Positions 38,118-47,847 of a stretch of DNA of 64,000 nucleotides are shown in pieces; the stretch's first letter is position 1, and each line of letters starts with the position of its first letter. A program made the translations under genes and the position numbers. Under the pieces are notes generated by a model. It worked only from the letters and a program-made list of their open reading frames with translations, searched no databases and was not told the origin of the DNA. The stretch covers positions 163,584 to 227,583 of the IMG/VR virus record IMGVR_UViG_3300042359_000853. One strand, written 5' to 3'.

Positions 38118-39613
38118 AATAGAATTTTAGTTCCTGTCAGGACTTGCCAGTTTAAAAATGACTGATTTACTTGATAAACACCAGAAAAACTAATAGTCCA
38201 TTTAAACTTAGAAGTTACTTTCATATCTGTATTTATCATAGGAATGAACAATAAACCACTCTGATACCACTGACCTTGGTAATAATAGGTGTAGGGTGAA
38301 TAAACACCAAGACCTAAAAAATTAATTCCAAGAGATCTACCACCCTTGAAATTAGTAAAACCACCACCCATCAATGCCCAGTTTCTAAAATCTTGATCTG
38401 ATAATTTTCCGGTCGTGAAGGTAGTGCCTGCCATTAGTGTTACTTTATTAACTTTCTGAGCGTTGAGTAGTGAGGCTGTTAAAAACCAATCGTTGTTAAA
38501 ATTAGTCATATAAGATGTCGAAAAAATACCCATATAGTTTTTCATCTTCAAAGAACCATAACCGGACAAATTAAGAATATTCTGACCTGTCTGGTAGTTG
38601 ATATTTAGACCTTTGATGAAGGTTTGTTCAGTATTTACATGTGTTAGTGATGTGTTGAAACGGAAGTTATCATTACCTGTTTTGGTGATATCAGAATCAT
38701 TTCTAATAACAACTATATCACCTGTAGCAATGAGAGCACCAGAAGCAACACGTGATGAACCTCGAGATGATTTACCACCACCAGAAGATCCCCCACCATC
38801 ACTACCTCCACTTTCACCACCACTAGAAACTTGTTGGTTTTGTTCTCCCAGTGCGGTTACGCCACCAGATTCGGAATTATTTTCTGTAGAACTACCGTTT
38901 TGAGTTGAACCACCTCGCTGATTTGACCCACCACCCCCTCCTGTGTTGTTACCGGGAGCAGAACCATTTCCGGTTCCACCAGTTCCACTACCTGATCCAG
39001 AACCACCACCAGAACCAGATCCACCAGTATTTGAACCAGATCCACCAGTATTTGAACCAGATGCACCTGAGTTGTTTCCTGAACCATCACCAGCATTACC
39101 ACCACTGCCACCTGAGTTGTTTCCCGAACCACCACTAGATGATCCTGAAGAGTTTGAGTTAGATCCATTACCGTTTTGACCTGTAGTTCCTCCAGTTGTG
39201 CCGGATCCGATACCACCGACCGAATTTCCTATCGAGCTAGCCATCGATACAACAGAAGTAAGAGATGCTACATTGTTAGCAGATACACTTCCCAAAAAAT
39301 TACTTAAATTCGTAGATGCTCCAGAAGCTGCTTGACCTCTTTCTGAAGCACACGGATCAGTTCCTGGTGGGAGAGAACTTATAATTCCCTCTCTCCATCT
39401 CTCAAGTTCACCATTTTCCATTTCAGCCTGAGTGAAAGTTCTGAATCTTCCTAAAAAATTAATTGTTACAGAACCACCTATGGGTATTTGAATAGTTTCA
39501 TTTCTTTGTAAACAACTATTATAATAAGTATAGGTGAAACTTTGAGCTTTTACACTCAAAATTCCACCTATACAAAGTGTTAAAATAAACGATAATAAAA
39601 ATTTACCAACCAT
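38114..39613 (-). CDS. Secreted Gly/Ser/Asn-rich protein with C-terminal predicted outer-membrane beta-barrel
   Basis: Signal peptide ending VKAQ; ~150-aa GSGN-rich linker; C-terminal ~200 aa of alternating hydrophobic/aromatic strands. Confidence 0.6.
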   Translation of the reverse strand: MVGKFLLSFILTLCIGGILSVKAQSFTYTYYNSCLQRNETIQIPIGGSVTINFLGRFRTFTQAEMENGELERWREGIISSLPPGTDPCASERGQAASGASTNLSNFLGSVSANNVASLTSVVSMASSIGNSVGGIGSGTTGGTTGQNGNGSNSNSSGSSSGGSGNNSGGSGGNAGDGSGNNSGASGSNTGGSGSNTGGSGSGGGSGSGSGTGGTGNGSAPGNNTGGGGGSNQRGGSTQNGSSTENNSESGGVTALGEQNQQVSSGGESGGSDGGGSSGGGKSSRGSSRVASGALIATGDIVVIRNDSDITKTGNDNFRFNTSLTHVNTEQTFIKGLNINYQTGQNILNLSGYGSLKMKNYMGIFSTSYMTNFNNDWFLTASLLNAQKVNKVTLMAGTTFTTGKLSDQDFRNWALMGGGFTNFKGGRSLGINFLGLGVYSPYTYYYQGQWYQSGLLFIPMINTDMKVTSKFKWTISFSGVYQVNQSFLNWQVLTGTKILL

Positions 39614-40295
39614 TTTGCTCCAGACGCTTTACTAGGTTCATTGTAGCAACCTCCAAAGCTTTCTGAGTAGCAATACCAACAGTTGATTGGTCAAATCCCA
39701 TTTCTGGGTTCTTAAAGTAACCTTCACCGAATTGTGTAGATTGACCTTGACCAGAAGCAACGATATATTGTGAATTTTCTACATTAACTAAACGAATCTG
39801 AATACCCATAATAGTAGTATTGGTTTTCTTCAACTTACCTTTATCGTAGTTTTCTGAGTATGATACAGAAAAATCATAAATCTCTGCGTAAACGATATAT
39901 TTTGGTAAGCGAATACCCTGCATTTTTAGTTTAGTTTTACCATCGTCAAGACCGTCGATTTTCTTTTCCCAGGCGTCGAGCATTTGATTGACTACGGCGT
40001 CTTTTTCTTCGGTAAATTCAAAACGATTGGTATATAATAGATTTTCTACAATACGGTTAGATACACCAAGACCTAGTCTTTTTTCCCTAAGTTCAGGAAA
40101 AGTTTCCCAGAGTTCTTTGTTGACATTCAATTTTGAAAGCTGCACGGTTTGTTTTTTACCCGTGTAGGTTGAGATAGATTCTAGTGTTCTATCAGTTTTT
40201 TCAAAATCCGCTTGATATTGTGTGGTCGAAATACTAGATTTACAACCAACTACCATCAAGAAACTTAGTGAGAGAATCGATAACCAGTTTTTCAT
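39603..40295 (-). CDS. CsgG/HfaB-family outer-membrane lipoprotein
   Basis: Lipobox VVGC; LGVSNRIVENLLYTNRFEFTEE, IVYAEIYDFSV, IQIRLVNVENSQY..ASGQG. Confidence 0.75.
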   Translation of the reverse strand: MKNWLSILSLSFLMVVGCKSSISTTQYQADFEKTDRTLESISTYTGKKQTVQLSKLNVNKELWETFPELREKRLGLGVSNRIVENLLYTNRFEFTEEKDAVVNQMLDAWEKKIDGLDDGKTKLKMQGIRLPKYIVYAEIYDFSVSYSENYDKGKLKKTNTTIMGIQIRLVNVENSQYIVASGQGQSTQFGEGYFKNPEMGFDQSTVGIATQKALEVATMNLVKRLEQNGW

Positions 40296-40696
40296 TCTTC
40301 TCCCTCCTGTTCTTGTTGTTTTTGTCTGAGTCTTTTCATTCTCTCGGCTGGTGTTTCTTTCTTTTCCTCAGCAGGCGCAGCGGCTGGCTGAGCCTGTGGT
40401 TGAGATGCTGGCGCTACTTCTCTGATAGTTTCTTTCTCTCTGATGACGGTCGTTCCACCACCTCCAGAGTTACTCGATGCGTTGTTTTGGTTGTTGTTTT
40501 CCAAGTTGAGATTTATAACCGGAGCAGCCGCTGGTGCTACTTGTTCAGTTTTTGTCTCTTCACTGTCGTTTCCACCACCTCCGAAGAGAGTAGTAGAAAT
40601 CCATACACCACCACCTGTTACCACAGTTGCTAGTGTGCCTACGATGGTCTTTTTCAATCCACCCCAGGTTCCGTCATTTTCGGTTTCTTCTGCCAT
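40292..40696 (-). CDS. Membrane-anchored hypothetical protein
   Basis: One hydrophobic Gly-rich segment (residues ~17-38), then an APVINLNLENNN and APA-rich tail; 4-nt overlap with the CsgG-like gene. Confidence 0.65.
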   Translation of the reverse strand: MAEETENDGTWGGLKKTIVGTLATVVTGGGVWISTTLFGGGGNDSEETKTEQVAPAAAPVINLNLENNNQNNASSNSGGGGTTVIREKETIREVAPASQPQAQPAAAPAEEKKETPAERMKRLRQKQQEQEGEE

Positions 40697-40715
40697 AGTT
40701 TTTTTTTGTTTTTTT

Positions 40716-42617
40716 TTATTTTTTAATAAACTTATATATTTTTTGTTTTGTTCCTGTAGTTAATCTAACAAAATATAAGCCTGGCTTAAGAGTATTTGTT
40801 TCAATTCTTCTAGTGACGGTCTGATCTTGTGCTACAAACTGTGTTTCAGCGCTGTGTAGTTTTCCAGATAGATCGTAGATTTCTGAAGTTAGATTGTCTG
40901 GTGTTGTTTGAAAATAATCTACATACATTTCATCTACAACTGGGTTTGGATACACTCTGAAACCATTTACAAGTTGATCTACAAGATCTCTAGCTCTTCT
41001 ACCGTTTACGATTGTAGCATCGGTTGGTGAAGGAATGATATTCAAATCTTGTGCTTTATCACTACCAGCTGCTTTATTGATTATTTGTATAGGTGATTCT
41101 TCCCAGTTATTGTTTAGGATTTCAAATTTGAAGTTAAACATCTGAGTTGGATTAGTGATTAGAGAAGGTGACATTTTTGATTCGTGACCACCCCATAGAA
41201 TTTCACCTGTTTTCGATGAGATAAATGAGTTCCAAGCACTTGCCTCTTGTCCTACATTAACACCTACAAATTTAAAGATTTGAGGATTGTATTTTAGACC
41301 GATTTGAGAAGCACCTACTTTGTTACCATGTGTAATAAGTGTTACATTAACATCAACGGTATTATCACCAGAAATAGTAAGTTTAGGTATTCTAAACTGA
41401 ACTGAATCTTTGATGTTTTGGTAGATCATACCTTGATCAAGAACATAAGATGTTCCAGATGTGCCGGTGTTAAGTCTTTGTATTTGAAAAGAAACGTTAT
41501 TAAGACCCGTTCCAGTAACGTCACCAAGAACATATCCAAGATAAGTCATTGAGCTCATACCATTAAGTAAGAGATCTACGAGAGTTGTTCCGATGATCGA
41601 GGTTTGAAAAGTGTTAGGGTTTGTTATTATTGCATCAAATTCTGCCTGAGTATAATATCTAACATTGTATTCGTTAGCAACAACTGGTGACCAAGTCGTT
41701 CTTCCGGTAGCTAGACGATTAAATATAAGATACGCGTCAGAAACCGAAATTGAACCACTTCTGTTTACGTCAGCTTGTTGAAACTCATAAGATTGTGCTG
41801 TGTCAGCATAAATACTCATATCAGAAAGACGATAAGCATCTGTGATATTGATAGCTGAGTTATCAGAAAGTGTATCTAAATTTGATACTAATTTCACGTC
41901 ATAGAAAGAAGTATCGTAAGGTATTTTGATACCAGCAATACCAAAGGTGTTGGTAGTGAATCTTTGACCTCTTTGATAAGCTTGTGCTGACTTTAGTTTA
42001 TAGTCAAAGGCAAATGGCATTCCACTTGCAGGAGTTCCATCAACATTTAATACCGATACTGGTATTAAAAGAGTATCCATCTGAAATCTACCACCAAGAT
42101 TGTAAGTTCCTAGTGTGTTATCAATACCACTTGTAGTTGTAGCGATATTGTTGTAGGTTGGTGTTCCAGTGACTCTAAGTGAGTCTACAGATGAAGGATT
42201 GAAACCAACATTATGTGGAAGTAAAACCTCGAATACTGCGCCATCTGGCCAATCAAAAACAGCCGAAGATCCGGTGTAGATGGCTGTTGCATTTACCCAA
42301 CCTGGTTGTGAATAATAAGAACCATATTTGGTGGATATCGATGTTGTTGTAGGCCCCCATTTAACAATTGGTTGTTTGAATGAAGCCTGTGGATAAAAAA
42401 ATCTAACCTGAAAACCAGCATAGTTTGTAAGGGTTGGATTGTGATAGTGAAGATAAACTTTAGTAGTATCTTGAAGAATACTACCAAGTGTAAACACAGT
42501 GTCGATAATAAAGTGTGGAGAAGATGAGTTTGGTGATATCAAAACTTCATTTCTACCATTTTGGCCGAACGCATTGAGCGTTATTAGGGCAAAAAGCCCT
42601 ACAAGAAACTTTTTCAT
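40716..42617 (-). CDS. T9SS-sorted protein: cohesin-like + dockerin + cohesin + Por C-terminal domain
   Basis: Signal peptide ending AFGQ; ADVNRSGSISVSDAY dockerin/EF-hand-like motif; GASQIGLKYNP..F.F.GV cohesin-like motif; FRVYPNPV...IYDLSGK...LKPGLYFVRL....YKFIKK type-A CTD. Confidence 0.85.
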   Translation of the reverse strand: MKKFLVGLFALITLNAFGQNGRNEVLISPNSSSPHFIIDTVFTLGSILQDTTKVYLHYHNPTLTNYAGFQVRFFYPQASFKQPIVKWGPTTTSISTKYGSYYSQPGWVNATAIYTGSSAVFDWPDGAVFEVLLPHNVGFNPSSVDSLRVTGTPTYNNIATTTSGIDNTLGTYNLGGRFQMDTLLIPVSVLNVDGTPASGMPFAFDYKLKSAQAYQRGQRFTTNTFGIAGIKIPYDTSFYDVKLVSNLDTLSDNSAINITDAYRLSDMSIYADTAQSYEFQQADVNRSGSISVSDAYLIFNRLATGRTTWSPVVANEYNVRYYTQAEFDAIITNPNTFQTSIIGTTLVDLLLNGMSSMTYLGYVLGDVTGTGLNNVSFQIQRLNTGTSGTSYVLDQGMIYQNIKDSVQFRIPKLTISGDNTVDVNVTLITHGNKVGASQIGLKYNPQIFKFVGVNVGQEASAWNSFISSKTGEILWGGHESKMSPSLITNPTQMFNFKFEILNNNWEESPIQIINKAAGSDKAQDLNIIPSPTDATIVNGRRARDLVDQLVNGFRVYPNPVVDEMYVDYFQTTPDNLTSEIYDLSGKLHSAETQFVAQDQTVTRRIETNTLKPGLYFVRLTTGTKQKIYKFIKK

Positions 42618-42622
42618 GGCTA

Positions 42623-42973
42623 TTATTCTTCAGTATTTCCAGATGAGAGAGACACTCCGTCTTCTTCATCCATCTTTTGAACAAGCATTTTATCTCTGTC
42701 TTCATTTGAGAACCAGAAATCAATTACTTTGTTCAAATTACCTACGAACGCACCTAAAAGAATAAGTAAAAGTTCTTTCCAGGCTTCAGCAATTGTAGCT
42801 TTGAATAGTACGGCCATTACTATACCAAAGATTATAAAGAAAAATGTTGATAGAATAATCAAAGTGATTTTCCATCTGTTAGACTGCATAGTTTGCAGCA
42901 TGAAGTTAAACCGTTCATCCGGCTCAACTTTTTGATACTCCGTGTTGTAGAGTAGTTTTGTAAGTAGTCCCAT
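42623..42973 (-). CDS. Two-TM membrane protein, possibly holin-like
   Basis: Two hydrophobic helices (ITLIILSTFFFIIFGIVMAVLF; ELLLILLGAFVGNL) and an acidic C-terminus. Confidence 0.5.
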   Translation of the reverse strand: MGLLTKLLYNTEYQKVEPDERFNFMLQTMQSNRWKITLIILSTFFFIIFGIVMAVLFKATIAEAWKELLLILLGAFVGNLNKVIDFWFSNEDRDKMLVQKMDEEDGVSLSSGNTEE

Positions 42974-43041
42974 AACTTATTTTTTTTTATTTTTATATAT
43001 TAAAACAAAAAAATGGGTTTTTTTACGAAAAACTCGGTTTT

Positions 43042-43596
43042 TTACTTGAAATTATCTATTTGTAATCTAAGATCAGATAATTTTTTTTTAGAATCCGTAA
43101 TTAATTTTTGATGTTTAGTTTCTTCTTCTGAAATTCTTCTTTTCAGAAGATTTATTTCCGAATCTTTTTTTGAAACCTGATCAGATATAAGTTTTGACTG
43201 AGCCGCCAAATCTTCAGCTTGTTGAGGTAGGGTAGTTTCTTTTTTTCCTTTATCTTGAGCTTCTTTTTGAGATTGAGATTTGAAAGTTTCTAAATCTTTA
43301 ACTTTCCTTTTAAGATCAAGAATAGATGCATAACTAGAAAAAAGTGGATTGATATATGATATTTCTTGTTGTTGTGTATCTTTAATATACTTTCCTAGTT
43401 TTAGCCTATTTATCAAATCTCTTTTATCTAAATAAGTGTTATAAATTGTTTCAAGTCCTGGTTTTTGACTCTCAAATTCTTTTATTTGTTCTTCTAGAGT
43501 ATTATAGTGGTTCTTTTTATCTACTAGATTTACATTTTCATCAGGTTGAATAGTATATTTTTCAAGAAAACTTCTAAAACTTTGGAGTATTTTCAT
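43042..43596 (-). CDS. Coiled-coil hypothetical protein
   Basis: Heptad-rich C-terminus; MKILQSFRSFLE N-terminus. Confidence 0.7.
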   Translation of the reverse strand: MKILQSFRSFLEKYTIQPDENVNLVDKKNHYNTLEEQIKEFESQKPGLETIYNTYLDKRDLINRLKLGKYIKDTQQQEISYINPLFSSYASILDLKRKVKDLETFKSQSQKEAQDKGKKETTLPQQAEDLAAQSKLISDQVSKKDSEINLLKRRISEEETKHQKLITDSKKKLSDLRLQIDNFK

Positions 43597-43598
43597 TG

Positions 43599-46184
43599 TT
43601 ATATTTCAATTACATCCAATCTGCCAGTATTTGATGGATTTGAATCATCAGTAATCTCTAACATAAAACTCTTAAAACTTTTACCCGTGGATTCTACTTC
43701 TCTTTCATAGAAATTTTGGTAAGTTTCTAAATCTATTGTTGATAATCTTTGATTTGGTGCACTTAAGAATTTATTATTTTGATCATAAAGTGCTGATAGT
43801 TGAATATTAGCCTCTCCTTCTTTACCATCTCCTTCGGGATCTTTTCTTCCAGAATAAAGTTGTGGATTTATTTTAACTTTTTGATAATGAACAGATCTAA
43901 AAGGAGATTCATTTATATCACAATAGAATATCCAAATTATACCATTTTTTTCGTACAAATATCCATAGTATATGTTAGGGTCAAGTTGTGTAACATCACT
44001 CCAATCTGTGTATCCAGTATAACTCGATCTATTATCTTCATAAAATTTATTTGCAGATAATGGAGTCTTAAAAGTTATTTTGACAGGATAAAACTTTATC
44101 GACACACCACCTGATTTTGTTTCAACTTTATCTACTAATGATGTATCAAGAAAATTAACATAAATAGGAACATTACTTCCTGATTTATTTTGTAGAATAT
44201 TACCGTAAGAAGTATTTTGTATTTCTGATTCCTCTTGTTGTGATATAGGATCTTTAGTAGTTGGGATGCACCACATGAATCTTTGTGTTGTTAGCGATGG
44301 TTTTACGTTCCAATATAAAAAATTTTGATTTGTATCACTGTTTTTACTCTTGTCGGCGGAATATCTCAAATCGGGTAATTTTTCTTGAATTTCTTGTCCA
44401 AAATATTTACGAGTGGCTTCGTCTATTAAATCTTCACCTCTACATTTTGATGGGGTTGCTAAATCTTGAAGTAAGTTGAACAATACTGGTCCCATCTTGC
44501 CCTTCCCTTGAATTTTTGGTGTTGATGAGTCCTGATTTTCCAATAATAATTTCCATTTGTATGAATCATTGAATTTATCCTCTGCTCCTGGATAATCAAA
44601 GTTTATATTTGCAAATATCTTCCTTAATTTTTGGTCTTGAAGTAGTCGATTTACGAAAGTCTGAAACTTTCTATAGACGATCTTTTTTGCCCAAGGTCCG
44701 AAATCAGGAATTACAGCTTCTCCACCCGCATCTTTTAGTGTAGAACTAGCGTCTCTACCTTTAGATGGACCACCTCCCAATTTTTCATATTCTTGAAAAG
44801 TTTTCATCGAAACTCTACCACCTGGTCTACCCGAAGGTATATAATCTGTTGCAAATAATCTATATGCTACTGTTAATAAGTTAAATAGTCTTACCATAGC
44901 ATCCGAAGCTATTTGATAGTCGAGTGTGAATGTTCCAGCGGAAAGTTGATTCTCTAGTTCTTCTAGTTCTCTTTCATCATCTCTAGTAAGTCTGAAAGCT
45001 GTTAAATTTTTCTCATTTACCATAGAATATTCATAATGAAAATTCTCATTGATGCCTGCTTTTGGGAAATAACTTTTCCAAATATTAGCAATTGTTTCCG
45101 GTTTTAGTGTTGTTGTTGAGGTTGTTATTGTTGGCGTTGGAACTGGTGTTGTAGTAGTTGATGTTGTAATACTCTGTGTTGTAGTTGATGTATTTGTTTG
45201 CGTTACAGTTGAAGTATTTGTTTGAGTTACAGTTGAGGTATTTGTTTGAGTTACAGTTGAGGTATTTGTTTGCGTTACAGCTGGTGTAGAAGTATTGGTT
45301 TGTGTAACAACTGGTGTTGTTTTTATATTTTTTTTATTATATGAAGTAGAACCAAAACCTATTTTTCCCCTACCGTAATCCGTATTTTTAATACCTATTT
45401 GAGATTTTGTTTTTATTTCTTCTAATAATAATCTATATTCTTCAAATTCAGAAAATTTACGGAAAATTCCTTTATTTAGTGATTCATTTTTTACAGAAAT
45501 TTCTTTTCTCAATACTTCGTCTGAATCAGACACAACAGTTCTCTCTTTCCACTGTTGTTTTCTAGCATTATCGCCTCCTAGATCTCTAGTTGGATTACAT
45601 TTTTTCCATCTAAATCTTCTAAGTTCGATAGCGAAATCCGAGTGAATATCTCTCAAATCATTCAATTCTTCTCTTTTGAAAAGTTTTTTTAGTTCTTCTA
45701 AAGTTTCTAATTCTAGTAATAAATCACCAATTAGTGAGCCTGGTGGTAGGTCTTTCCATTTATCTGTTATATCTTTATTGGAAATAAATTTAGCATCTGA
45801 TGAATCGATGCCAATTAATAATTTTAGCTTTGTGTCATCTGTGCCCGTGCCATCACAATCTACGTCTTCTTTCCAATCAGGTAGAGCATCATTTGTTGTT
45901 AAGCAAACATCTTTTATTTTAGCAACGTGATTTTTTATTCTTAGTCGATACAACTTTACTCTCAAATCTTTATTCATACTTTCTCTGAGAATCTCATAGA
46001 TAGTATTTTCTATTTCTTGTAAAACCCCATCCATCCTCATAGAATCATATTGAAGTTTTAATTTTCTCAAAGTTGAGTTTATTAGCCTTCCAAATAAAGA
46101 ACCACCCCAAGTTACTTCATTTTTGAATACTTCATTCATTTTATCTTTTTGTAAAAAAGTATCTCTTTTAAGAATATATCTCAT
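43599..46184 (-). CDS. Large hypothetical protein with Thr-rich repeat linker; putative head protein
   Basis: 861-aa ORF; repeated xNE/LLE sites and a KFSEF motif. Confidence 0.75.
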   Translation of the reverse strand: MRYILKRDTFLQKDKMNEVFKNEVTWGGSLFGRLINSTLRKLKLQYDSMRMDGVLQEIENTIYEILRESMNKDLRVKLYRLRIKNHVAKIKDVCLTTNDALPDWKEDVDCDGTGTDDTKLKLLIGIDSSDAKFISNKDITDKWKDLPPGSLIGDLLLELETLEELKKLFKREELNDLRDIHSDFAIELRRFRWKKCNPTRDLGGDNARKQQWKERTVVSDSDEVLRKEISVKNESLNKGIFRKFSEFEEYRLLLEEIKTKSQIGIKNTDYGRGKIGFGSTSYNKKNIKTTPVVTQTNTSTPAVTQTNTSTVTQTNTSTVTQTNTSTVTQTNTSTTTQSITTSTTTTPVPTPTITTSTTTLKPETIANIWKSYFPKAGINENFHYEYSMVNEKNLTAFRLTRDDERELEELENQLSAGTFTLDYQIASDAMVRLFNLLTVAYRLFATDYIPSGRPGGRVSMKTFQEYEKLGGGPSKGRDASSTLKDAGGEAVIPDFGPWAKKIVYRKFQTFVNRLLQDQKLRKIFANINFDYPGAEDKFNDSYKWKLLLENQDSSTPKIQGKGKMGPVLFNLLQDLATPSKCRGEDLIDEATRKYFGQEIQEKLPDLRYSADKSKNSDTNQNFLYWNVKPSLTTQRFMWCIPTTKDPISQQEESEIQNTSYGNILQNKSGSNVPIYVNFLDTSLVDKVETKSGGVSIKFYPVKITFKTPLSANKFYEDNRSSYTGYTDWSDVTQLDPNIYYGYLYEKNGIIWIFYCDINESPFRSVHYQKVKINPQLYSGRKDPEGDGKEGEANIQLSALYDQNNKFLSAPNQRLSTIDLETYQNFYEREVESTGKSFKSFMLEITDDSNPSNTGRLDVIEI
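45190..45315 (-). repeat. About five 24-nt coding repeats (VTQTNTST)
   Basis: gtatttgtttg(a/c)gttacagttga(a/g) tandem units. Confidence 0.85.
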
Positions 46185-46210
46185 AATAATATTAAATTTG
46201 TTCTATATAT

Positions 46211-46648
46211 TTATTTAAGCATCTCGTTTTTCAGTGCGAACTCATAGATATCCAAAAAATTAACCTCTTTAAGAAATCCACTTCTTACATCTGAGAGTGT
46301 TTTTGCTTTTTTTGAGATTTTTACAATTTTATCTGACCACTTTTCTGAAAATTTAGAGGAGAATCTACCCCAATTACCTCGATAATGCTCTGGTTGTCTC
46401 CATTCTTTGTGACCACCTGTTAGCCAATAAAGTGATTTTACGGGGTTTATATTTCTATCAAAAACAATTTTTGTAGACCATATCGGATCATCTTTTCTTA
46501 TCTTTGTCATCATTATAGCCACTGCTTCACAAAAATCTATTGTTATTTCATTTCCAATCTCGAAGAAAAATTGACCGTTGGCCTCTTTTTCGATAAGAAC
46601 TACTTTAGTAGTTTTTAGGTTTTCTTTGCTCTCTAAATTCTTTTTCAT
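46211..46648 (-). CDS. Hypothetical protein
   Basis: ORF within the minus-strand run. Confidence 0.65.
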   Translation of the reverse strand: MKKNLESKENLKTTKVVLIEKEANGQFFFEIGNEITIDFCEAVAIMMTKIRKDDPIWSTKIVFDRNINPVKSLYWLTGGHKEWRQPEHYRGNWGRFSSKFSEKWSDKIVKISKKAKTLSDVRSGFLKEVNFLDIYEFALKNEMLK

Positions 46649-46677
46649 ATCCGTAAATTATTTTTTTTTTTAAGTGT

Positions 46678-46962
46678 TTATTCTCGAACACCACTTATGA
46701 ACTTCCCATAAAATTGACCACCTTCGATAATACCATTATGAAAAGTTCCCCAGAACTTTCCACCTTTCAAAATACCATAATACCAGTCACCTGAATAGAA
46801 AAATCCATCCCACCATATAAGAGTTCCCTTTTTTATTTCTATTTTGGCCATCTCTATTTCCGAGTCTATTAGCCAGTGAAAACCTTCAGATTTCAGGATT
46901 TCATCAATACGATCCTGATCAGTTATTATCGAAGTAGCGAATTTTAGTTGTGAATACCTCAT
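46678..46962 (-). CDS. Hypothetical protein with GxW/F short repeats
   Basis: DGFFYSGDWYYGILKGGKFWGTFHNGIIEGGQFYGKF. Confidence 0.65.
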   Translation of the reverse strand: MRYSQLKFATSIITDQDRIDEILKSEGFHWLIDSEIEMAKIEIKKGTLIWWDGFFYSGDWYYGILKGGKFWGTFHNGIIEGGQFYGKFISGVRE

Positions 46963-47007
46963 AGATCAGATACTCTATATATAAAAAATAATATATAACT
47001 TCAAGAT

Positions 47008-47847
47008 ATGAAATCACACTTTTTCGATATAGATTGTTTATTGAAGGTTAATCAAAAAGCCTGGATTGTTGATAAGCTTAAACCAAACAAGCCTATCATG
47101 AAAATTTCACCCGAAGATTTCAATTTATTTGAATCGGGTATCTACCAAAAAATGGGTCATAAAATAGATTTTAATGGAAAAAATTTCTATTTAGACACCG
47201 ATACCTACAACCGTCTTCGTGTAAAAATAAAAAAATCAGGTGTTAATCTGGGAAATTTAGGTATTTCTCTACAAGAGTTCTTGAATCCAGATATTATTAA
47301 TGAACTCGAATATAAAATAAACTATCAAATACTAGAACCTCTGAAAAATTCACCGGATGATATTTATATTATACTATCAAAACAAACTAGAAACTCATAC
47401 AAAAAAATGCTTGAAAAAATAAAAGAAGCCTTTAGAGAGTTCGGTGTAAATATAAAGAGGTATTATTTTGTTGCGGAAACTTTTTATTCTCAAAACAGAG
47501 ATGATGTGAAATATGCTAAACTTAAATTATTAGCCGAACATCTCACGGGTCACAAAATCGAAGAGGATAAATTTGTTGATAAAGAAGTTGAAGAATATCG
47601 TGTAGTGAACTATTGGGATAACTCAATAGAAACTCAAAAATATGGTAGTTATATTAATGATGTTATCAGACATTGTTTAAGGGGTTCGACTCCATCTATA
47701 CAAGAAGTTATCAAAGAAAATCTTATTCAACTTCCTTGTAAGTTTATTACTCATCAAGTATTTGATAATGGTGTAAATCCAGTCTTAACTCGGGAAAATG
47801 ATATTATACTTCAGAAGTTCATAAAAACTTTCGAGTCTTTCAAATAA
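47008..47847 (+). CDS. Hypothetical protein, possibly HAD-like
   Basis: N-terminal FFDID (DxD) and late YWDN; weak family evidence. Confidence 0.5.
   Translation: MKSHFFDIDCLLKVNQKAWIVDKLKPNKPIMKISPEDFNLFESGIYQKMGHKIDFNGKNFYLDTDTYNRLRVKIKKSGVNLGNLGISLQEFLNPDIINELEYKINYQILEPLKNSPDDIYIILSKQTRNSYKKMLEKIKEAFREFGVNIKRYYFVAETFYSQNRDDVKYAKLKLLAEHLTGHKIEEDKFVDKEVEEYRVVNYWDNSIETQKYGSYINDVIRHCLRGSTPSIQEVIKENLIQLPCKFITHQVFDNGVNPVLTRENDIILQKFIKTFESFK

Noticed and set aside
38598-39216. Several nested ORFs in the Gly-rich region (also at 52628-52966, 60526-60897, 40268-40763, 25585-25836)
   Set aside because: Alternate-frame or antisense products of low-complexity or comparatively GC-rich coding DNA; no independent motifs or promoters.
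38114-40696. Complete curli (csgBAC/DEFG) operon
   Set aside because: No curlin repeat subunits and no recognisable CsgE/CsgF; only CsgG-like proteins.
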